From Chlorokybus atmophyticus (Eukaryota > Plantae > Mesostigma and Chlorokybus algae): DNA of 64,000 nt. Made by a program: the position numbers and the translations under genes. Each line of letters starts with the position of its first letter. Position 1 is the stretch's first letter. Of the stretch, positions 54,992 to 64,000 are shown one piece after another. The DNA is taken from positions 1 to 64,000 of the forward strand of contig RHPI01003124.1 in NCBI GenBank assembly GCA_009103225.1, given 5' to 3'. The notes under the pieces are model-generated. The model made no database searches. It saw only the letters and a program-made list of their open reading frames with translations, and was not told the DNA's origin.

Positions 54992-56038
54992 TAACATAAG
55001 ACGACCCGATTGTACAAACGTACAAATTATGTTTGATGGTAGGCCGCACCGATTGTCGGTGGATACTTTCCGACACATAGACAGCCGCAAATGGTCGGCG
55101 GCTGTCAAGTTGATAGCCGGGCTGTCAATAACTTACACTTAAGCCCCTAAATAAATGGCTGTCCATGTGATGCGGCTGTGCTGATATTCAATACGTCATG
55201 ATTGCTTGGTTAAGTTATTGACATAATAGATTGATAGATTGATTTGCACACGTAAAGTTCTTTTATGTATACAGTAACGCACGTAAAAATAAAATAACTT
55301 TATAAATACATTGCAACTTTATGTTGATGCAATATTTCATCCATCCGAAGCGCGTATGTTATTGAACAAATAACCTCATGTTTATACATATGACGAAAAT
55401 ACATATTGACTGTCACACGACAGATATTGCATTATATGTTGAGTAAATTGTATTGATAGTGTGTGTGTCGGTTGCATGAAAGCGCGAGCAACAGCAAAAC
55501 CATTATAAGCTTATAGCCTTACTCACTCAAAGCCCATGATACCTTTTTTAGCCACACGTTCATCGACAGCCCGACCAAGTACACTGATTTTTTTGACAGA
55601 TGCAAATTTGCCTCAATATTGGGCATTTTTATAACGACAACCCCTAGCAAGATTACCGATCATATCTTTAATAGAGCTTTGACGGATATATCGGCATATT
55701 GACAGCCGTTGTTAAACATTGCTTAGGTACGGACGCACTGGTGTTATTCGTTGCGTTTTTTAATTTATGTAATAGGCAATTGATCATTGACAGTCGCCGA
55801 GTTGCGGCTGTCCATACACCGTTTACCGTCTGTGTACTGATATTGGTAAAATCTATGACTGCTTATACATGTATAGGCGTTGGCTATGGGCCTACCAAAG
55901 GTATGCATTTACAAGCCTAATATAGTGATAATTGCCGACTGTCTAGCAGCAATTACCGCAGCCGACCGACAGTCGCCAAGCGACTGTCGGCATATTGCCA
56001 TAATGTAATTAGGGACTCAAAATTCTCTACCCGTACGT

Positions 56039-56111
56039 GCACTTGTGGCTTAGTGGTTAAGGCGTCAACTTTGTGCTCGAAAGGCTCTGGGTTCAAATGC
56101 GACCCAAGGCG
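56039..56111 (+). pseudogene. Degenerate tRNA-like sequence (pseudo-tRNA or SINE head)
   Basis: A-box TGGCTTAGTGG (56046-56), paired D stem, B-box-like GGTTCAAATGC (56090-100), 73-nt span; anticodon stem and T stem do not pair. Confidence 0.55.
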
Positions 56112-56849
56112 TTCCTGCCTGAATATTTCATTAACGCCCCCGGATTCACCGCGGCCTCGTGCGCCGCAAGTCGGGGGTGGCCGGTGCCCCCGGCTATAGA
56201 AAAGTCAACTCTTGCTGCAATTGTATTGCAATAAACATTGTTGAATGACATATTTCGGTCCATGGTCCGCTCGCCGGACCAGTAGTGATTAAACATGTTT
56301 AATAATATAACTTGGTTCCTGGGCCGCTGGCCGGACCATACTTGGTCCTGACGCAACAGCAATCGGCTGGACCTTGGTTGGTTCGTACCAAGGGACCTAT
56401 GGACCTATGGCATGAAATCTGGACCATACATGGTCCGACTGTCGATGGAAAACGGACCGTATATGGTCCGTCAATTTCATTCAGCAGGGGAAATCCCGGT
56501 CCAAAGGTACGGACCATTCATGGTTCTTGAACGTCAGGCGGCAGTCACCTGCACAAGCGCCATAGTTAGTGGGCCATCTGCAGCAGCAGCGACAACAGCA
56601 GCAGGAGAACACCCCTCCCTCCCCTACACCTCGCCGCCTCCACCGCTACTCTACGCCGCCCAGCCTGCCGCAACTCCGTTGGAGTTAGGGTTTCGCCATC
56701 AGCGCGCAGCATGCATGCATTTACAAGCACAGCCCATCGCACACTCCCTTTGCCCTTGTCGTCGATGTGTCCATATGTGTTCAATTAACAAGAAAAGTTG
56801 TTTGGGACACATATGTCACAAGTATTGCATATTTATAAATAATGCATAG

Positions 56850-57700
56850 TTCTTAAATGCTTATCAAAGCATTGGTGCGTGCGAAAATTTAGCGGCAGGA
56901 TCCCTGGTCTTAAACACAATGCATCTTTACATAACACGTATGCACAAGTACTCACATTTTGTAACGGTCCATCGCACCAAACACCCTTCTCATTGCCCAT
57001 GGACTGCTGCTCATACCCCTCCCCGACGTTTGCTTCTAGCCCAGCACACGTTTGCACGCATGTAGCCAATGCGGTGGTAGAGTTAGTTGTGATGTATAAT
57101 GGATTCAAGCCCAAATGATTGTGTGTTGTACAACATCGCAGCTCCCCAATTGCCCACAAACGTCGCGGGCGCATGAGCTGTCACACACCACAGGCTTGGT
57201 CTACCGGCCGCCACAGGCAACGACGCCTTCGCCGTAATGCGGTTCCCCCTTCCTCTCCGTATCCGGCGGCACTTGCTGCCGAAACAACTGCCACAAGGTC
57301 TGTTGTAGAGCGCCGTCGAACGCCTTCAACTCGTCGCACACCTCCAGCGTGAGCGCCACCGTGCGTGTCAGATATGAGGGATGTGCTCCCACACAACGCG
57401 TCAGCAGCATCGCTACCCGTGTATCACTCTGCTCCTCTAATGCCGGCAACATTGTCATGTAGTCGCGTGCCACATCCATTCACCACTGCTTTATCAGCAT
57501 TCACGGATGATGGTGGAGCAATGGTGGCGCACAAAGGCTGGTGACCCCAACAACGCGCCCAATGCCACTACACCATTACCCAGTTGGCAGTGCATTGCAC
57601 CTCCTCACGCAGAGTCATCTGCTGCATGAAAGCGTCTTGGCCAGATTCACCTCACATATCATATACACTCTCCTTATGTCAAGGCAAGCAAAAGTTATGA
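56850..57700 (-). mobile_element. Decayed CRE-like non-LTR retrotransposon RT/thumb fragment
   Basis: EVNLAKT ... ALGALLGSPAFV ... QSDTRVAMLLTRC..AHPSYLTRTV ... AFDGALQQTL fits the recalled CRE-clade RT C-terminal pattern; stops and frameshifts are present. Confidence 0.5.
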
Positions 57701-58286
57701 CCACAACGTAATTACCGATGCCTACATTGTGAACCGAAAATGCAAATGATGCATGCAACAAGCACGACACATATGTGCAAAATTTGCGCGGTGCTGTTGT
57801 CTACTACATATATTACTTGCATTTTCTGTACACACTGCCTGTAGTGTGCACAGGGTGCAAAAGCACCTTATATTTTTGTACATGAGACAGCGGACCCAGC
57901 AAACACAGGATCCATACAAGCACATATGTAAGGCATGTGCGCATCTTTGTGCACAGAGCTGAATGACCTCTTTACAGCAGGTAACCAGTTTGCTCTGCAG
58001 GTCTACATTATGGTGCCCAAACAACCTACACTACCTCTACGCGCAGTGCAACTTGAATGCTCAAATGTTACTATAATACATCTGCGCACTAAAGTGCACA
58101 GCCGCCAGCAGCAGAGCCCAATCAACATGTACAATGGCCAGCTAGCAGTAACCGCTCCGTGACGGATTCTTACTTCTAAGCAACATTATCAAAAAGCTGC
58201 TCACAACAGCAAATATGAATGGACGCTGGTAGGCGCCCTGCAAGTGTGAACTCGACTCCAGTTACCAACATAAAAGGCACACCAAC

Positions 58287-61200
58287 CTACGCCGTTACTC
58301 CGGAAGTGCGGTTTGCTAGAAAATAACTCAGGATCTGCAGTGGCAACCGTAATCAGTATTGTGCTTATGCTTGTGCTTATGCTGCAATCCTGCACAAACA
58401 TAACTCAAACTTACCCCAATAAAGATGAACAGCAGTCCTCCAGCTGCCCACAGCCAGGTGGGCACCAGGCTGGCTGCCTTCTTCGAGGGCCGTGCAATCT
58501 TGACGGCCTTGGATGTGCTTCCCTTAACAAGGTTGGAGGGAGCGCGCTTGCGCGGCTTTGACGCGGCCACTTGAGGTCCATCAGACTCGCTCGCTGTGCC
58601 GTTGTAGTTGCTAACAGGCAAGCCTGAGTCTGAAGTCAGTGCACTGTCGGATGCTGTTGCATCAGACAATGCACTGACTGCGCCTGATGAGGCCTTGGCA
58701 GCCTTCTTGCGCAGCTTCTTGTCAAGATCCTGCATGTGGCATGTCAGCATCATTGCAAGTAGGCAGGACATGCCGACAAGATAACCACATAGGTCCGTCG
58801 CATACCCTGGCCTTGCGCTGCTTCTCTTCTTCATTCTGTCGTTCAAGCCGAGCTTGCTCCTTGGCAATGCGGCGCTCCTCACTGCGCTTCTTGCGGTCTT
58901 CTGCAGCCCTTGCAGCCTCTAGAGCAGCAAACCGGCGCTTTTCCTTCTCCACAGCCTCATCAACCTGACCAGCAAGACGACCTTCAATTGCAGCAAAGAC
59001 GCATGCCAAGATGGGGCGCTCGCAAATTCGCACATGCAGGGGACATACCTGCTCATCCTCAGACTTTGGAGCAAGGTTCAACACTTCCTGAGCTTCAGCT
59101 TGTATCCTCTCCAGCTTGGAGACCTTGCTCGCCTTGGGAACCTCCGCCTTTGCAGGGGCTTTTGGTCCATCAGACCCAAGGGAACTTTTTTCAGCAACAA
59201 TGCCATTGGCAGTAGGCGAGGTCGGCAACTTCTCCTTGACAACCTCTGCCTTCTTTACTGCTGGCTTGAGTGGTGCTTCCACGATAGGCTCCTCTGTTTT
59301 GGGTGGTGGTGCTGGCTTCTTTATGGTTTTTTCTGCCTGGTTGGCAGCTGGGGCTGCGGCAGCAGGCTTGGCAGGTGTCTCGTCCAGAATGTCATCAAGC
59401 CCAGGGTCATAAATGCCGACTGCCACTGCTCGCCTGGGGTTGCGCTTCTGGCTGAGCTTGACGTAGTGTTTGCGGTACTCCACGTCTCCGTTGAGGAGTG
59501 CATGCATACGCTCCCTTTGCTCGGCGCACAGAGCCTCGCACTCGTCGTACTGCTTAGCCTCAGCCATACCCCTTGCAGTGCGAATATCACGCCTATTGTT
59601 CCTATGTTCCTTTTCCTGCAATATAAATAATGACATGAGTGCAAACATGGAGTCAAGCCCAATGCGGAGTTTGTGGAAGGCCTGGCGCAGTCTCAGGCAG
59701 AAATCTGCTAACATCTGCTGAGTTGTCCAGTTGCTACTCATTGCTCACCTGATTGTACAGGTTCTTTTTCGCAACGCGAAGCTCTTCCATGAGCTCATCA
59801 TGTTGCAGTTGAATCTGGGCTTTTTCATTCCTAATGCCCTCAATCTGTGCATCGATGGCAGCTGCTTCCTCCCGATGCTTGTCCAGCACCTGTGAATGAA
59901 CAGCGCGGAGGATGAAGCAACTACGCAGAGATGGCTGATAACTGTACCAAGCCAAGGCTCGCAACTGAACTTGACAGCACTAATTACCTGTTGATGAACA
60001 GCATGCTGACTGCGCAAAACCTCAATCTCCTCTCTCCAGAACTGTTCACCAGACAAGAATGAGCAAAGCCACTAACTGATACCCAGACCGCACAGAGTCC
60101 GATGTGGAGGACGGCATGGCAGCTTTTGGCTGCTTGTTTACACCTTGAGCTGCGAATGAAGCTCGTCACGCTCTGCTTTTGTGCCAGACAACGAGTGCTT
60201 TTGGGCGTCCAGCTGGCGAACAGCCTCTCTGCTGTCCTTCAGCTGCTTGATCTGGCGGACCAGCTTCTTCTCTTCAGTAAGAGGAATGCTTTCATGTTGT
60301 ATACGGTACTCGTGCTCTTGCAGCTGCAGAAGGCACAAGGATGAGCAACAATGCATGCAATGCTGCTTGCAACCAGCAAGCAACTACCATGCTGAACGCT
60401 TGGTTACTGTATAGCCTACCAAGGCATCTAGTTCTGCCTCGCTAGAGCACAGCATCTCCCGAGACTTGGTGCGCACATTTCTGGTCTCCTCAGCGCCGCG
60501 TTTTAGTGAAGCCTGAGCAAAACGTCAATATGTGTGAGATACACAATGTCATCATATTCAAATGGAGTTGATATGACAAGTGAAGTGCCAACCTGCAGGG
60601 GCGCCATGGTGTCCTGCTTGGCCCTAATCTCTTCTCGAGACTTCTTTAGCCTTTCCTGCACAGCGATGATGTTGCTAATCACCTGACTGCGAGCCACCTG
60701 CAACACAGCCTTGTCAGTCACCCCTTAACCTAACAACCGTCATGAATGCGACTTGCTCCTGGTCTCAAACGGCATAAAAACTGCTGTGCCGTTGTCATGT
60801 TGTGCGTAGCGGTGCCATCGCACACATCTGACCTGCTTCATTGTGAGTGCTACTTGGCAAAACTTCTGCTTCTCCCGCAAGTGATCGCGTCGCTCCTCCA
60901 TGCGTGTGATTGCCGAGAGGGCATTGTCAATCTCGGGCTTGGGGATGCGAACGAGGAAAAATGTGCGTGTGACAGGAGCTGCCGGTGCTGCCGCTGCTGC
61001 TGGCAATCGCATGTTAGAAAACAGATAATACCAGGGAAACTCCTATTCCGACAAACAAACATGATACTCAAAGCACCGAATGATAATTATGGGCATATAT
61101 GGTGTAGTTCAGAGATTGCACACTATAATACAGTGCAGCTAGCAACAACATGATCTGCTCAGATGATTACGGTCGCTGCTTACGCGGATCAGTACCTGAG

Positions 61201-61352
61201 ATATCAGCTTGAACTGCTTCAGGCTCATCAGCTGCTGGTTCCGGCAGCTCATCCGTGACCTCTTGCTGGTCATCCTCTTCTTCTTCTTCAGTTGCAGGCG
61301 GGTGCAAGTCAAACGGCTGCGTGGCAGCAGGCGCAAGCTCGACAGCCTCCAT
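58287..61352 (-). CDS. PPI1: Proton pump interactor 1-like coiled-coil tail-anchored protein
   Basis: TFFLVRIPKP, EYRIQHESIPLTEEKKLVRQIKQL (matches plant PPI1 RIQHESIPLTEEK), long coiled coil, C-terminal TM ...VPTWLWAAGGLLFIFIG|ILSYFL; stop TAG 58287-89; a 5' UTR intron is inferred. Confidence 0.88.
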
Positions 61353-61741
61353 TGTCTGCCCAGCATTGAGTACTCAGTACATGCAAACAGCACCAATACG
61401 CCACTCAGTGGAAAGCTAACAAATGCCAGGTCAGCCTCAGACAGCATTAATCATTTCTGCAAGCGCAACACGTAACAACCGCAAAGAGGCCTACAAGGAT
61501 GACCAACAGACAGCAAGCAAGTGAGCAGACTACTTGCTTCGACACTTGTGTGGCAACGCCGTGTAGCGCAACCAAGTCAGTACTCACCTGAGAAGAGCGG
61601 TGGAAGGCTGCAGGAAGCGTTGCACCGTTAGCCCGAGTCAGTGGCAGACTCAATGCTCGACCCGAACCCGCTTCACACAGCCGGCGGCGACGGAGACAAC
61701 GATGGCTGCGAGACGTGCGTGCTTATTCTAACAGCGGCAAC

Positions 61742-61750
61742 AAACCCTAA
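61742..61750 (+). promoter_or_regulatory. Telo-box AAACCCTAA upstream of PPI1
   Basis: Exact motif in a GC-rich region just upstream of the inferred PPI1 transcript start; function inferred from plant promoters. Confidence 0.3.
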
Positions 61751-62771
61751 TTCTTTCGAACGCGCAATCGATTAGTAATTGCACCGGCAGCCTTGGGGAA
61801 ACGGCATGCCCGGCTGCGGTGATCAACTGGGAGTTCGCAACGCGCATCACTTGCCACGCTATGACTTACTCATGACATGTACTACTGCAGTGGCAGCCGC
61901 TGCTGCCCGCCCGCGGCCACCGCCAGATTCCGCAACGCGCATCACGCGGCAACAAACTCCCCGCCAAACCGAAACCGTTGAGATCCGGTTGCACGCGCGG
62001 CCCGCAACGAGGTCCATCAATCTGCTTACTTCAGTTCAACACAACCTGGATTGGATCAGCCGGTCTGACAACAACCAGTTACCGTCGATACGGATCACAT
62101 TTACGCAACTTCTGAAGCGTTTGCTTGATCGGCGGCGGTGTTGGTGGGGACATGCTTGGCGGGGCGTGGCGGCAGCTGCCGCGGTTGAGGCGGGGCTTAA
62201 ATGGAGTGTTGCCACGTGTAGTAAGGAGTAGTGGTAAACCGCAACCGTTAACGACAGCCTTGCGGACAGCCGCAGCTGCAGCTCACTGGTCCCTCATGCC
62301 AGCTACTGTTGCGCCGCAGCTCCCTACAAGACCTCTCCAGGCCCGGCCCTGGCAGCTATTACTTTACGCCACAAAAGGTAGTAGTAACTGTTTCGTGCTC
62401 AAGCGAGCACATGCATACAGTTGCTGAGGTCTGTTAGCAGAAGCCCAATTGGGGACACTTGGGTGCTGCATGCTCCATGCAGACGTGACCAAATTGCCCG
62501 GACATTAGCTTGTAAGGTAGCTATCAAGTAGGCCCGATTACAGTGAGTTTGCATGTTGACTTCTGCTTTAGCATACGGTTCACAAGTGCATCAGTTAAGC
62601 AGAAACAATTGTGCACCAATGTCGCCTGCGTCTTCGGTTTGTCAGCTGCATTTCTTTGTTGCATTTCACAGATGACGATGGAACATGACGGAACATACTC
62701 CGCGTGCGAGGTTAGATGACGATGGCACGTAACATCGATCAAAGAAGCGAGCAGCCAACAAGCAGGCGAGG

Positions 62772-63089
62772 ATGGAGAAACTGGTTGCGTGATTGCATTG
62801 TTGTCGCGAGGAACAGAGGAAGTGTTGCAGCTAGGTTGTACAGCAAACCTGTGTAATCAGGGTTGTATGAAAGCGATGCAGTGCCTTGCTGATCGCTACA
62901 CATACTGCATTTCCATGTCTATGCGCAAAGCGTGCTCAACGCAACAATCATGGTGTTGCAGTTGCTGGCTTGATTACTAGGATTAGGGATACACTGTCAC
63001 CACGCAATGTCGCGGAGTGCCTGCTGTCCGCCATTGATGCACTGAGTCAATCAGCAGGGCAACAAGCTACCAATGAGCTCCAGGCTTGA
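62772..63089 (+). CDS. Possible small spliced hypothetical gene
   Basis: Terminal exon-like TAG|G-IRDTLSPRNVAECLLSAIDALSQSAGQQATNELQA* with upstream ORF pieces; no family recognised. Confidence 0.25.
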
Positions 63090-63333
63090 GCATGTTTCTT
63101 ATGGAATGTCATGATTATCAGCAAGGCCTACGCTTATGTGCAGCAAAGAGATCCAGACGCCACAACAGCCCTGACTTGGAGGGGTGTTTATTGCACAGGT
63201 GAGTTGCCACTGCTTGCTATCAGGAAAATTGCAAGTTGCAAACAACAGACCACTACACCTACTGTACCCTAGCAGCCAAACACTATGTAGTGCGCGCTGT
63301 GTAATGCTCATGTCAGTGGAGGCCATACCGCAT

Positions 63334-64000
63334 TCAAGGCAAGTAGAGGCCCCTGCCTTTGCGGTCTTCACCATCGTCATCGCCAAGCCCTGTCATGCGT
63401 CGCAGCACTGCCTCCAGCTCATTGCGCCTGTCGCCTTCTTCCACCCACACCTGCGCCACATATGCGAGCACGCACATAGGCCAGTGCTCCGGAGGCCCTG
63501 GCCAAGACCAACAACAGAGTCGTAAGTCAATCATGCTAGCCTGCTGTGAAGCTGCCTATGGCGCACTTGCGCGGGTTGCAAGCATTCTTCGCACCTGTCA
63601 GCAGTCCTGTTTGCGAGTCCCCTTCCCTCTCCAACTTTTTCCACAGGTTTTCTAGCGTGTCTTCCACTGGCAACTCGTGCACGTCCAGCGATACATCAAT
63701 GTTACGATATTTTCCGGCAGGAAAGCTTACTGCGCGCGCCAGTGCAAACATACTGTTGTACTGTGATTCGGATTCAAAGCCCTGCAAAATGCAACACGTA
63801 TAAGACATGTACAGTAACTAAAATGCAATGTACATGTGTACATACATGTTGGCGCCTGGCCGTGTCAGTTGCAATCACTGATTCATGAACATGACATAGC
63901 TTCGCTTTTGGTGCAAAAGTGTAAACAACCTCATGAGCTGTTTGCGCGCAAAAATGCACAGCGCAAGTATCTACAACACGGAGCACGCCAGTAACCACGC
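63334..64000 (-). CDS. 3' exons of an unidentified gene running off the window end
   Basis: Three exon-like pieces with GT/AG borders: ...VYTFAPKAKLCHVHESVIATDTARRQ|GFESESQYNSMFALARAVSFPAGKYRNIDVSLDVHELP...|VWVEEGDRRNELEAVLRRMTGLGDDDGEDRKGRGLYLP*. Confidence 0.55.

Larger units (their letters stand above)
51535..56534. mobile_element. Unclassified non-autonomous TIR element (~1.7 kb without its nested insertions)
   Basis: Left ACGTTCAAGGACCATGCATGGTCC (51535-51558) and right end 56511-56534 are inverted with 22/24 identity; no convincing TSD (possibly TAA/TCA); interior rich in GACAGYCG/CGRCTGTC motifs. Confidence 0.7.

Noticed and set aside
56039-56111. Functional tRNA-Thr(TGT) or tRNA-His(GTG) gene
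   Set aside because: Anticodon and T stems cannot pair and the acceptor stem is only partial; kept as a pseudo-tRNA or SINE head.

Overview
Intron-rich eukaryotic genomic DNA, most likely a green alga (GT-AG introns, organellar-type ValRS, plant-type PPI1 and TPC genes). The draft assembly has one 617-nt N gap and single-n joins next to G runs. Host genes: a bacterial-type subtilase (S8/S53-like) with a TSP3-like repeat and a probable C-terminal Kelch propeller (~15.1-21.1 kb, +), organellar valyl-tRNA synthetase (-) head-to-head with a CCDC174/At4g18257-like gene (+), a two-pore channel (-), phosphoacetylglucosamine mutase (+), proton pump interactor 1 (-) and two unidentified genes at the right end. 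The main mobile element is a complete, apparently young tyrosine-recombinase retrotransposon (7041-13353) with split direct repeats A1-[gag, RT/RNaseH/MT, antisense YR]-B1A2-B2. Its gag and pol frames appear to be joined by two in-frame spliceosomal introns whose donor sites contain the gag stop codons. Other mobile DNA: a decayed pogo-type transposon and a pogo-like MITE nested in an unclassified TIR element (second partial copy near 5.0-5.8 kb), a tRNA-like sequence, CRE-like LINE fragments, and a probable CACTA-like remnant with a 26-bp palindromic repeat array at the window start. All calls come from reading the sequence and recalled family motifs; no database searches were run, and exon boundaries are approximate where stated.
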